NCBI RefSeq assembly: GCF_009914755.1
Contig: NC_060928.1
DNA: 64,000 nt
Strand: one strand, 5' to 3'
Source: the human T2T-CHM13v2.0 reference genome, Homo sapiens
In this document: positions 1 through 14,989 of the stretch, one piece after another
Layout: each line of letters opens with the position of its first letter
Position numbering within the stretch: the stretch's first letter is position 1
Program-made: the position numbers and the translations under genes
Notes under the pieces: generated by a model
What the model was told of the DNA's origin: nothing
The model's database searches: none
The model's input: the letters and a program-made list of their open reading frames with translations, nothing else

Positions 1-114
1 AGAATGGCGTGAACCAGGGAGGCGGAGCTTCCAGTGAGCCGAGATCGCGCCACTACACTCCAGCCTGGGAGACAACGCGAGACTCCGTCAAAAAAAAAAA
101 AAAAAAAAAAAAAA
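1..114 (+). mobile_element. AluY-like SINE, right-arm end and poly(A), cut by window start
   Basis: AGAATGGCGTGAACC...GAGATCGCGCCACT...GAGACTCCGTC followed by an A tail. Confidence 0.95.
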
Positions 115-2280
115 GAATGACATTAGAACATTATCTTACACATGAACAAAAATCAACTCAAAATTAATTGTAGGTTTGTACCTAAGACCTACAACTGAAA
201 TTCCTACAGGAAAATATAGGAGAAAAAATTTTATTACATTGGTCCAGGTAAAGCTTTCTTGGATCTGACTCTGAAATCATCACCAAAAAAGCAAAAATAG
301 ACGAGCAGAACTACATCATACTAAAAATAATATGCATGCAAATGAAACAACAGAATTAAATGGCAGTCGATGTACTGGGAGAAAATGGTTGCAAATCATG
401 TATCTGAGAACAGGTTAATATCCAAATATATATGGAAGTTTTACAATTCAAAAAAAAATCATAATTAAAACATTGATAAAGGACTTGAATAGATATTTCT
501 CAAAAAAAAGAGAGACAGATTTACAACAAGTATATGAAGTTATTCAATATATCTTGGTGAAGATGTGAATAAAAAGGAATGCTTATACAATGTTGGTGGG
601 AATGTAAATTAGTTCAACTCCTATAGAGAACAGTATGGAGATTTCCTAAAGAACTAAAAATAGAACTACCATTCAACCCAGCAATCCCACTACTGGGTAT
701 CTACCCAAAGGAAAATAAATTATTTATGAAAAATACACTTGCACCCATATGTTTATTGCAGCATTAGTTACAAAGTCCTTTTTGCACTATTGCAAAGTTA
801 TAGACTCAACTTAAGTGTCCATCAGTGGTTGATTAGATAAAGAAAATGAGGCATATATACATAATGGAATATTATGCAGCTATAAAAAATAAAATCATGC
901 CCTTCCCAGCAGCATGGAGGCCATTATCCTAAGAGAAATAACTCAGAAACAAAATCAAATGTTGCATGTTGTCACTTACAAGCAAAAGCTAAACAATGAG
1001 TACACATGTAGCAAACCTGCATATATACCCCTGAATCTAAAATAAAATAAAATTTAAAAATCTCTACATCTATTTTTTAAAAAATGTTCAATCTCTCTAA
1101 TTTTAAGGAAAATTAAAATCAAAATCACAATGAGATACCATCATGCATCTGTTAAGATGGCTATTATATATATGGATATATACACACACATATGTAATAT
1201 ATGTGTGTGTCTGTGTGTTGGCAAGAATGGAGAAAAATGGAAAAACTTCTACACTGTTGCTGGGAATGTAAAGTAGTACAACTACTATTGAAAATAGTAT
1301 GGAAGTTTCTAAAAAAATTAAAAATAGAGCTACCATATGATCAAGTAATCCCACTTCTGGGTGTATAGCCAAAATAATCAAAATCAGGATCTTGAAAAGA
1401 CATCTGCACTGCCATATTCTTTGCAGCATTATTCATAAATAGCCTTGTTATGAAAAAAACAACCCAACTGTCTATCAATGGACGAATGGATAAAGAAAAT
1501 ATGGTGCAGATATATAAAATGAATTTTTTACGCTCTTAGAATTATCATATTATATATAAGATTTTGTATATATGCATTTTCACATTTTTAATAATTATTT
1601 CATTATCAATAATAGCTCTGGTAGGAAAAAAACAACCCAACTGTCAATCAATGCTTGAATAGATAAAGAAAATGTGGTGCATATATATATAATGGATTTT
1701 TTTGCACTCTTAGAAATATATATATTTAAGCACTTTAAGCACTTTACTATAAGCATTAGAGATTTGTCACCACATACATTCACTAAAATTACATTATTAT
1801 CCACATGCAGCTCAGTAGCACTCCAAGAAACACCTTTTATATATGTGTCTTTAAAAACCTTCACTTCATGCATTACAGAGGAATCACCACATTCGTTTTA
1901 TATAATAAAATGTTATTCAGCTTTTAAAATAAGGTCATCTTGCCATATGAGACAATATGGATGAATACGAAACACATTATGCTAAGTAAAATATGTCAGA
2001 CATAGTAGGAGAAATACTACATATTCCTACTTATATGAGGAATCTAAATTAGTCAAACTCATAGAAACAGAGACTAGAATGGTGTTGCCAGGGGATGGGG
2101 GTAGGAGAAAATGGAAGTTGAGTTGCTGTTGAACAGGCATAAAGTTTCTGTTATACGAGATGAATAAGTTCTAGAGATCTGCTATACAACATTGTGCCTG
2201 TAGTTAACAATACTGTGTACTTAAAAGATTGTTAAGAAGTTAGATTTATTTTATGCATTCTTACCATGATAAAAAAAAAA
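115..2280 (+). mobile_element. Old L1 (L1MA/L1MB-type) ORF2 3' part and 3'UTR, interrupted by a nested L1
   Basis: L1 motifs AAAATCAACTCAAAA and CACAATGAGATACCA; 3'UTR GAATAAGTTCTAGAGATCTGCT; A tail at ~2270-2280. Confidence 0.85.
552..1060 (+). mobile_element. Nested 5'-truncated L1 (L1PB/young L1MA-like) 3' end
   Basis: TGTTGGTGGGAATGTAAATTAG, AACCCAGCAATCCCACTACTGGGTATCTACCCAAAGGAA, ending CCCCTGAATCTAAAATAAAA; host L1 resumes at ~1080. Confidence 0.8.
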
Positions 2281-2849
2281 GTAAATTACTCTCTTCATTT
2301 CTCCCCTCAAATGAATCAAGCTTTTCAGCAGAGCATGAGGGTAGTAAAAGTTGAATTAGAGATTCGTGGAGAGAGAAGATTCAAAACCTCTTTCTGGGAG
2401 AGTGGGAAAGCTATACACACACATGCACACCTATACTCATATATGTAAAACATATGCAAGTTATTTTATTACAAATATGTAAAACTTATTTTATTATAGA
2501 TAAATATCTTTCACTATATATAAATTCATATAATTTTTATATACACAAGATGATACAGAGGTTTATTATATAAAATAATGATGTGATATGCAAATATCTG
2601 TCAAGCCTAATAAATTAAAAATAGAGATATGTCTTTAAGTGAACTTAAAGTAAGTGGGCATATTTTATATCTATAAGCAAATTTTATATCTAGCTGATAT
2701 AAACCATGTTTTGGGGAAACTGACGTGAGTAATATATATGCAAAATTTAACTGGACTGGATTGCCAATAATCACCAAAGAAATTGAACACTTATGTATAC
2801 TATCTAGAGTCATGTTCATTGAAATCATGATTTTTGGGTTTTTGTACTC

Positions 2850-3005
2850 ACTATGTGTCCTTGGCCAATTGTTATGCCATAGTTCCAACATCTTTAAAAT
2901 TGGCATGATAACACTACCTTATAATGATTTTTGTTGCATGAATTAAAAAATAATTTGTGTAAAGTTTTTAGTGTGTTGCCTTGCATATAAATTAGTATTT
3001 TCATT
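2850..3005 (+). mobile_element. MIR SINE fragment
   Basis: Degenerate MIR core CTATGTGTCCTTGGCCAA...CATCTTTAAAATTGGCATGATAA. Confidence 0.6.
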
Positions 3006-3236
3006 ATATGTACGCTATGCTCTATTGCAAAGATCTATATCCATATGGTTTTATTGTAAGTCTTTTCAAAACTTTAAGGTATTAGAATTACAGAAGATTT
3101 AATACAGAAAGTATCCAAATGTTTCTATATAACTCTGATAGCAAAATTGGTTAAAATTAAAACATAAATATATACTTTTTTAGTTCAGCTCAAACCAAAC
3201 ACAACAGGATATTGAAAAATAATATACAATTATCAC

Positions 3237-3777
3237 TCAGTTACTATCGCTGTAAAACTTATTACAACAAAACTTAGTGGCTTAAAGCATAAGCTTAATT
3301 TTTTTCTCGTTTTGTGGATCAGAATTTCAGGAAGGGCTTAATTGGGCAATACCCATTTGTCTCCCCTGTGGTTAGAGCTGAAGTGCAACCTAGGGTTGCG
3401 GTCACCTGAAATCCCAACTGTATTGGCCATACAAGATGACTTACATATATGGTTGGCCATTGATGCTGACCGTCACCAGGAACATTGCTGAAACTGTCAA
3501 TTGGAAGACCTCCACATGGCCTATCTTACAAAGTAAGCTCAGTGTGCTTGACCTTCTCATATCATAGTTCAGGAATTCAAATACTAGTGTCCCTGCTGCA
3601 AAGGCAGAAGCTACATGCCATTTTATGACCTACGCTTGGAAGTTTTAAAATGCCAGTTCTGCTGTTACTTACTTGTCAAAGCAATTCCAAGCCTTCCATA
3701 TTCAAGCATTGGGGCATAGACTTCACATTTTGATGATAGTAGGGACAAAGTGGTTGTATTTTTTTAAACCTCCACAC
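3237..3777 (-). mobile_element. Old MaLR solo LTR (MLT1 family)
   Basis: TCAGTTACTATCGCTG...AAAACTTAGTGGCTTAAA and GGCAGAAGCTACATGCCATTTTATGACC match reverse MLT1 LTR motifs. Confidence 0.7.
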
Positions 3778-4200
3778 ATGCTTAAGAGGAATTAATCTGA
3801 GGAAGGTAAGAGTGGTTTACCTTAGAGCTTTATAAGATAAAATAAATTATTTTCTCAGGAGAGATAAAAGAGATATTTGATAACATTTAACACCTATTAT
3901 TGAGTAAAATTTTTAAAAGTAAGATAGTTGGAATCTTCTGCAAATACTATTATCTGCCTGGTACAAAGACCAACCTGAATGGTAAAATAATTATTTAACA
4001 AATATTTATTGAGTATCTATTATGGGAAATACATTTTTCTTTTCATTGACAGTAGATCAGTAAATAAATAATAACTCTTCTTACATGGAAATTACTATAA
4101 CAGGAGACAAAAAAAGAGTATTATATCTGAACTTAACACTTCATGCTTGGGAAACTCTTAGTCATTCTTCCAGATGCAGCCCAGTCATCAATTTCTGCAT

Positions 4201-4420
4201 TAGGGGCTGGCGAATTAAGACTTGCTGGCAAAATCCATCTCATTGTCTTGTTTTTGTAAATAGTGTCTTATTGGAACACAATCATTCTTTTTTTTTAACT
4301 ATTGTTTCTGGCTGCTTTGATGCTACACTGACAGTCAAGTAGTTGTGACAAACTATACGGTCTACAAATGAAAAATACTTACTACTTTGTTCTTTAAAAA
4401 AAAAGGTTGCCAACAAATTT
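4201..4420 (+). mobile_element. MER58A hAT-Charlie MITE
   Basis: TGTTTTTGTAAATAGTGTCTTATTGGAACAC...GGCTGCTTT...AGTAGTTGTGACA; decayed CAGGGG terminal inverted repeat. Confidence 0.8.
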
Positions 4421-5245
4421 CTATAGAAAGATTTCTTGAATTTGCAAAGCAGACTATTTCATTAGATAAAGAATACACTTGAAATATGACTATAATAGGT
4501 TATTTTATATTCTATTAAGTATGTTTATCATAATACATGTGAGGGTAAGGACTGGGATTAATAACCTTTGAATATCCAGCTACTTATTCAGTGTTAGATA
4601 TTCAGTGTCAGTTATATTCCATTACAAAGTTTATAACTGCATGAATAAATGAACGAGATCTGTACCCACTCTTCCTCAATACTCTTTCTCTCCTCAATAC
4701 TCTATTCCTGCAACTTCAATTAATTATCCCATGAAGATTGATCCTCAATTTAAAGGTGCCCTTTATTTCTTTTCAACACCTGGAGGGGAAACTCCAACCA
4801 GATATGTTGCTGGTTATTCAATTCAATATATTCCTACCAAGATATATTATTTTCTTCCACTGAAAATATACTTCTTTTTGTATTCATTTTATATCAGTAG
4901 CATCACCATTATTCAAGTTGGTATTGGATAAGGATTAAGAATATTATCAGGAGAAACAAAGAGAAAGGAGATAAAGCTATCTTAATTTTACCCAGACTAG
5001 AAAACTAAATGTCAGCCCTGAACATATAAAATAATGGGTAAAAAGTAACCAGTTGGTCACCCATTTCTGCTAATTTTACCTCTGAAATATTTATTCATTT
5101 TATTTCTCATATTCATTCTCAATGTTTTTAATTGTATTCACTCCCAAGGACCAGAGACCTAAGTTTTTCTGACATAAGTATAATTGTAATTGTCTTGTAT
5201 CTTAATTGTCTTCATCCATCCAATTATTTTATTCATTACCTCACC

Positions 5246-5636
5246 TGTTAAATTAAATAAGCAGGAGGCCATTGGCCTAAGACTGTCTCCATACTTCGAG
5301 TTCTTACATAATAAACTACAGTCTTACTTAGTACATAGACAAACTGAACCTAACTAGGGGCATATTTTTAAATTACAGACAGCCAGTTCTCACTCAATCA
5401 TAAGCAGTCGAACTTCAGCCAATCACAGGCTTCCAAATGATTAGGCCATGTCCAAATAGGACACTTAGCTGCAACCAATAAAGCTATTTCTGTACATTAT
5501 TTCAGTGCTCTGTCTATAAATATTCACTGTCCACTAGGAGACCTCTCTGAACCTCTTCTGATTTGAGTGCTGCTTGACTCATGAATTGCTCAAATAAACT
5601 TTTAAGTTAAATTTGTCTAAAGTTTCTCTTTGAACA
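5246..5636 (+). mobile_element. ERV1 solo LTR, MER57 family
   Basis: TG...CA termini (TGTTAAATTAA...TTTGAACA); TSD CACC/CAAC; CCAAT boxes, TATAAA, AATAAA. Confidence 0.75.
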
Positions 5637-7249
5637 CAACTAATGCATCTGCACTAAAGTTACAATGAAAAAGACATCATGCTGGGGACTGAGTATAGGA
5701 CAGTGACTAAAAGAGTTCCAGGTTTTTAAGGCATCTATTTGTAGCAAAAATAAAAACAAAGCTTAAAAAGTTAGAAAGTATATAGGTTTCTACCCTCCAC
5801 AATGTAACCAGAGTTACACACACAGAGACACGCACATACACTCACACATTGATAACTCACTCTCCTCCGATCAAAATCCTCCAATAATTCCCCTTTCTGG
5901 CATGCAATATCAATTCTTTTTACATGTCTTTCAAGCTTGGCCCCTTTAAAAAATCAGTTTGTCATCTTTTTCACCTAGTGCTTTTTTCTCTTTTGCATAC
6001 CCTTTGCTTTAGGTATTTTCCAACATATGTGCTGTGCACTTTCACATCTCGGTAGCATTGCTCAAACCGTTTTTTCTACCAAAAGCCTTTCTTAAGCTTT
6101 TCCTTCCATTGCTACTGCTAATGGCAATCATCAATCTCTCTCCCGCTCAGCCTTTTGTATGGAAAAATATTTTTATAAATCTATGTGACATTTATATTAA
6201 CCTTGTATTACACGTTATCTACGTGTATGTTTTTTCATGTTTTTCCTTTAGTAGAATCCTATTTAAATTTTCCTAATTTAAAATTCTTAATTATGTTAAC
6301 ATTTCCTATGTAGCACTGTAGCACAATGTGAGTTTAGCATACAATGGTGGCTTTTTAAAAAATCCCATCACCAAGTTCTTTTTTATTTTGGAAGATTATG
6401 AAAAATAAACTCTCAGCAGAGTCTAATTTCTAAAGCAGTTTAGCAGACTTTGAACCAAATGAAATAAAATTGTTGGAAACAAAGCTATGTATTTGTTGTT
6501 CAGACTTCAGGATTTTTACAAAAATATATTTACATATTTTATTCATGTCAATATTTGCCCCGAAAACTCGGAAATAAAAACATTTACACATGAAAAATCT
6601 CAAGGAGTTTCTGCAAAGCAGTGTGTGAAAGCAGGCTAAAGGAAAAGGCAACTCACTGTAATTTGTTGATTAAGAAGTAAAAACACACTGAGAAGGAAAA
6701 TAAATATGTACTCAGCAAAACCTAATTGATTCTCTTGAGCGCGAAACTCCAGGAGTCAGAAATGAAGGTAGCACTGAAAGAGTGGAGTGAAGGGGTGAGT
6801 ACTCTCAATTATGTCTGCATAGTACAAAATAAACAAAATGATAAAATATTGATGGAGTGGATGGAGGTCTCTCCATTCAATCCCTTTTGAACAACACGAT
6901 ATTGATAATTAATGGGGGAAAACAAACATTTTTCTCCCTGCTGTCTTCCAGTGCTGGTGTTTCTGAAAATAATAGAAAGAAGGTCTTGCCCCAAGAACAA
7001 TAAGAATGAAGCTTTTGTCTCAAGGTACAACTCTCTGTCAAGGTTTCTTCTATGAGATAGTTTATGTCAGCATATTCCCAACGTGTTTTGGCATTGTAGT
7101 TTTGGAATAAAATAAATGTATGCTTTTCCTTAACCTTAAGATAAGAAAGTTAAACAGACATGCTCATCGCTTCTTAGAGAACTCACATAATTTTAACGAA
7201 TAAGTAACATATCACTTCCTCTACAAGAATGAAATAACCAAGAATCTAG

Positions 7250-9150
<1,901 letters not shown>

Positions 9151-12100
9151 AAAAATCTGGAGATGCATGCTTGCATTTCACCGTCTTATAACACTGAAAA
9201 ATTGGAAACAGTAAATGCTTATTAATAGACGCTTTGCAAGATTAATATGGCATATCAATACAACATGATAAGCAAATTATCACATGATATATTGAAGGCA
9301 TAATATGAAAAAATAATAAATGAAAGTGAAATATTTAAAACAGTGTATACAATATATACCTATATATAAATACATTCATACGTTTCCTACATAATATTCT
9401 CCCTATCATTACCAATTTAGTCCAAATCTATTTCTACCTAAAATATATCTTCAATTTAATTACATACACACATATATATATATAAAATTTATAGTGCAAT
9501 ATTGTTTGTATCATGCTGTGAGTGCTGTCATGCACTATTAACTAAAGAGAATCAGCCTGGTACTTTCCACTGTATGTTCTCATTCATTGAATGATATTAA
9601 CTCTGCATACTGGAATTGCTCTCGGCCAGTGAATAAATACTCTAGAGTGCTCTCTTGATTTCACTATGAAATGTATCTTATGTCTTTCATTTCTCTATTA
9701 ACTCTCTTTCTGTCTTAGTTTTCATTTGGTGGAATATTTTGGACTCATAGTGCCTCACAAAATGTTGAGACGTGATAATTTTGTATCTCCTCCAAAAAAA
9801 GAAAGGAGTATTAGAAATATAAAAGACATTTTAATGTTGCACAATGCTTCTTTTAAAAAAATGGTTGCAGAAACAGGTAAAAGTCCAGCAGAAAATTTTG
9901 AATTGTTGGAAATACATCACAATTCTGAAAAACACATATAAAGATCAGTACTGCCTGGAATAACAGAATCTCAACTGTGTCATGCTGACTGAATAATGGG
10001 GAGGGAATTACGTTGCATCTTATTGGAAGCCATCTCTGTGGGAACTAGGCTAAAACAGTATTGTTCGGGAAATAATAGTATTTCTAACAACCAATCCAAT
10101 GGCCCAACATAAACAGCATATAATTGAAATATACATATCAACAAATGCACATATTAATGGGGATTATCTCAAGAGAATGAAATTATAGTTGATTATATTT
10201 ATTGCTATGCTTTGTATATTATCTTCACCCAAAAACATGGTGACATTATTGAAGCTAACAAACAAAACATTAGTTTTCTCCCCAGTTTGTCCCACCATTG
10301 CAATTATACTTTTCATATTTAGTTAAATGTTAAAAGTAGAATTGTGATTTTGAAACCTAACATTTTGAATTGGGTTTTCCTAATATAACTTCCACATTAC
10401 TATTTGTTAAAAAGAACTATACATTTAAAATATTTACTTTAATTAAACTCAATTCTGAGTCACAACTAAAATCTACTATTTTATCATAAATATTATTTAC
10501 ATGCATATTTTATATTCTTCTCTATTGACATTATAATTTTTAAAATGTATTGCCATGCTTGAAAGTTTACTTGTTCAAATGCACTCTATCTTATTACTCT
10601 ATAATGTCATTCAGAGTACTGTTTCAGGGTGCTAAATAAAATTTCATTATTGATTAGAATACATATTTAAAGGTCAGCTTTAGCTAAGCATTTAAAATCT
10701 TGATTACATTATACTTGTTAAAGTTTCTGCACACTTTTGAAATTCATAATAATTATATTTAAACAATATTTTAACAGGAAAAAGTATGGTTTTGTTGCAA
10801 ACTGTGATATTATTCAGTCAAAATAGGCATTTCTAAACTCAGGCATTTAAAGGTTCCCATACGTTTTAAAAGAGAACAAAAGTTAATCTTATAATGGTTT
10901 TAAATGAATTAAGTGTTGTATATGTTTTATTTTCTTTAGTGATAAAGATATATATAACTTTAATATTTATATAATTATGAAACCTTTCAGATATTGACAT
11001 TTTTTAAAACTAAAATATAGATTAGATGTTTGTTCTTTATTTAAGACTTCACAAACATTCATTTTATTATCTTAATTTTCCAAAAAGGAAAGTTCTCAAT
11101 TATACAATTTTTGTAATTTATTGGTTTCTAAACTTACTAAAATTATTCTCATAAAGATGGCTTATTGCTGGTTACTTGGTTTTAGTCATTTTTAAAATAC
11201 AATTTGTTATGTAATGTTTTCCAAAGTAATGTCTGATTAGATTTTATCTTATATGTAGACACCATTAATTTGTAAATGGAGATTTATATTTCTGACACCG
11301 TATTCCAATAACACATTTTTAAATATTTCTAGTACATAGTATAATATTAAATAGCATAAATATTCCTACAGACTGTTCAGTTCTTACATTAAATGACTCC
11401 ATGAACAATTTTATATAGCCTGGTTCCTGATTCAAGAGACATAATCAGGTGTTTGTTGATAAGCAATTGCCCTGAGTATCCCATCAATCTGTGATAATAA
11501 TACTGAAGAATTACATGGTTAATTGTTTTCATGTGTCTGGATGTTTATTTCATGGTGTCAAGGTTCTATATTGGACTGCAACTATTTACTTTTTCAGTTT
11601 GTTTTGAGATTAATCATTGTGCCAGTATTATTTTAATAACAATATACAATTAGTTCTACTAAATTATTTTACATACACTATACACTCATTGCAATCTGTG
11701 ACATAAATTGTTTTTTGAATTACTAACTCAATCCATACCCAGTATTATCAAAGGACATGGCAATATTACATATTAACAAATAATTTCAGCATTTCTGTAA
11801 ATTCAAACTCTTTTGAGAAAGAAAGAAATTCTGAGTGCACTGCATGAACTGGTTGAATTCAGTTTTACATGTTTTAAATCATCTCTAACATCAATCTGTG
11901 AAAAGAAATGAAATTAATAAAACCCCAGGCAATAGATGTCCATAATAAAATAATCAAATAAATTATATTCGGAAAGGTTGGTGGATCACCCTTATTAGAA
12001 CATGCTCAGGAATATAGCAAAGGGAATACAGTTTCATTAATCAGTGATACTTTTGTCGTGTTCTAATAGCAGTCCCTCCTAGAAGTGAAAAATTGAACTA

Positions 12101-12831
12101 GAGTGTTTCTTGAATTGCTAAAACTTGTGTAATTATTGTTATTCTATCAACTATTTATGGCTTGGTTTGTGGAATAAAGGCTGAAGTTCTCTCTTTTCCA
12201 AATAAGTGATTTCTAGGCTCTGTGTACAATCTTCTAACTCAGATGATACATCCTCCAAAAAAGTTCACTGTAAATTTCTTTACAGTGGGCTTCATATTAT
12301 TCTCTTTAGATATTCTCCATTTGTACATAATAGAATATCAAAATATTGTCAAAGTAGTGAACATGAATCATGAAAAAAGAGAATCAATAGACTTATTGGT
12401 AGAATATTGTAATGAATTTGGTTTAAATATAAACTTCACATGAAAATATTTTTGTCAAGAGTTATCAGGTCATGAATGTACGAGGTACTATTACCAGGAA
12501 TAACAATCAGGTAATATATTCCTTTAGAATAGAGATAAATGTCCATGGAGATTTTTGGCCTAAATATCACCATTTACCTTACACATGTTTTTGCAAATAT
12601 AAAATAAAATCACTATAATTTAATGAATTAAATTTTCAAAGAAGCAATGTTTAACTGGAAAATTAACATAAGAGATCATATTAGTTCTTAACTCATATGT
12701 TCTTTGTTAAGTTTAAATGTGTAGGTAGGTAATATCTACTAATATCTATGTGGATATTTTAAATGTGTAAAATACTATGAGGCCTGGAAAGTAACAAATG
12801 CTGCATCCCCTGCCTATGGATATTTCTCTTA

Positions 12832-12955
12832 TTCATTAGAATGTAAACTTCAAAGAGTCAGGAATTTTTGTCTTTTTCTTAAAGGCTATATCCTTAGTAC
12901 GCAGAGAAACGCCTCGTAAATAGTTATTGTTCAGTAAATACTTTGTGAAGGAACA
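12832..12955 (+). mobile_element. L2 3' end fragment
   Basis: TAGAATGTAAACTTCAAAGAGTCAGGAATTTTTGTC...TCAGTAAATACTTTGTGAAGGAA. Confidence 0.65.
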
Positions 12956-13107
12956 ACTGAAAAGCATAAGAAGTTGCAGTGGAGGCTGTGGTAGTCATCG
13001 GGATTCTTCCTTCCAAACTTTACAGCTCATTGACCCAGCTGCTAGGAGTGTTCGTGGTTAAATGCTTTCAGGAATTGCCTCGAAAAGAAAAAATTTACCT
13101 CCACCAT

Positions 13108-13838
13108 TGATATGGACAGGAAGCAGGAAAATACTGGGTAGAAGAGGGTAGCCCCTGGTGAGGTCCCACCCTCAAGCCTCTACCCCGCGGCCCAAAGTGA
13201 GAACATGCATTCCTGTTTTCCCGCTCACATGTTGCCTTTTCCAAAAACCACCCTGGCCCTCCTTGCCCCCCACCCCGTACCCATAAAAACCCCAGGCTCC
13301 ACTGGCAGTGGAGTGGCAGAGAAGAAGACAAGAGAAGAAGCAGCTTGACATGGGCGAAAAGCAGCTTGACTACTGAGGGATGGTTTGATTGTGGGAGACC
13401 ATCTTCCTGCTCCATCCTTTCCAGCTCTCCATCCCACTGAGCGCCACTTTTCATTGGCAATAAAATCCCCTGCATTTACCATCCTCAATTTGTCTGTGCG
13501 ACATGATTCTTCCTGGGTGCCCAGTAAGAGCTCAGGATACAGACAGAGGGCTGTCACACTGCACTGTTGAACAAGTCGTCTGCGGATGGTAAAGATAAAA
13601 GAGCGCACTGTAACACACGCCTTCTGGGACTCTGGGAGTCGCGGGTACCCCCCTAGATGCTGCTCTGGGGCCTCACAGAGTTCTGCTCCTGCCAGAGCCC
13701 AGAAGCACTTATCCCGGCCCCTGCACCCACTCACCTGCGTGCTTCCCCTCCCTCGAAGGGTTGAGAGCTGCCGGCTGAGTAAACAAGTCACCCCCTCCAC
13801 AATTCCTGTGAAGGGGTCAGGGAAAATTTCCTGTTTCA
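13108..13838 (+). mobile_element. ERV1 solo LTR, LTR1 family
   Basis: TGATATGGACAGGAAGCAGGAAAATACTGGGTAGAAGAGGG...TTCCTGTTTCA; perfect TSD CCAT; CATAAAA box and AATAAA. Confidence 0.85.
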
Positions 13839-14049
13839 CCATGGTCCCTAACCAGAAGCATTCCACAATGACTGGTCAATGCCAAGTTATGTATAGACCG
13901 GGCCCTCTTGCACTAAAGAAGGACAGTGATGAAGGACCATTGCAGCATCAAAATCTAGGCAGAATTGTAAGATTTGCTACTGCCTTTGTTAGAACCGCAC
14001 TTTGTTTCAATTTCTCATTCTGCCTAATCTAATTTCTTTCACATCCTTT

Positions 14050-14564
14050 TGTTAGGAATAACGCTCAAAATTTTAAGGAAATTGAATATTTAAACAAAGG
14101 ATTTTTAGTAAAGTAATTTTATTTTTGTGCAGAGGGGTGCTTCTTTGTCCAGTTGCCATGAGAGCACACTTGAACAAAGGGGCACGAGAGCCTTTATTTT
14201 TGACTCAAGTCTTGTCTCTGTATTCTTTTTTTTTTTAATTGGTCAGGGTCAGGTTGTAGAATTGAAACTAATTTTGGTTGGCTAAACATTTGATATTTTT
14301 TAGACAGGATGGGCACGTAAAAGAAAGTGGAGGGAAAGGGGAAGTGGTGTCTGCAATGAGCCAAAAATTAGTTTTTTAAAAAAATAAGGAAAGGAATGTG
14401 AGCTGGTATTGATAACACTTGGTATTGTGGTGTGCCTGGGCATTTAACAAAGGCAAGAAGGAAAAAAGGAGAAAAAAAGGTGAAAAATGGGGGAGGGGGT
14501 ACTATGAATTAAAGAATAAAAGATTTATCAGATTATTTGAAGAGAAACCTCATCATATCCCACA
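14050..14564 (-). mobile_element. ERV1 solo LTR, LTR10B-like (HERV-I group)
   Basis: Minus strand starts TGTGGGATATGATGAGGTTTCTCTTCAAATAATCTG and ends TCCTAACA; TSD CTTT. Confidence 0.8.
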
Positions 14565-14989
14565 CTTTTAATGGTGTTAATCTCTAAAACATTCCCAAGT
14601 AGTCTTCCTACACTCAAATCTCTGTTATGGAGTCTGTTTCCTGGGGAACCAATGGAAACTAGAAGTTTCAAAAAGTCTACACTCATAAATGTGCCCTTCC
14701 ATTTCCTTTATAATTAATATTTTACACACGTAGCATCTATATATACTATATATGTTCATGTGTGTGATCATGTGTTAAAATCTAATGCAACCTTAATTAT
14801 TAGGTATTACAAATATTGAAAAATATGGTATGAGAGGAAAAATAAAAATCTAGGAAGGCTTGAAACTATTTTCTATTATTAATTGATTCCAAATAGCAGT
14901 CAAATAGTTGAAATGAGGTAGGCTAAGATTAGCAAGTGTTCCTTCTTCCTTATTCCAAGGAAACCATTTTAAGGAATATATATCTAAAT

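Larger units (their letters stand above)
12990..14660 (+). mobile_element. Old ERVL solo LTR (LTR16 family) split into three pieces by two younger LTRs
   Basis: Pieces ~12990-13107, 13839-14049 and 14565-14660; the last ends GGAGTCTGTTTCCTGGGGAACC like the LTR16 3' end. Confidence 0.65.

Noticed and set aside
13095-14032. Overlapping 126-213 aa ORFs
   Set aside because: They lie within the GC-rich LTR1 and its flank; no protein motif or splice structure.
14425-14450. p53 response element known from the LTR10 family
   Set aside because: The best candidate, TGGTGTGCCTGGGCATTTAA, breaks the CWWG core in both half-sites.
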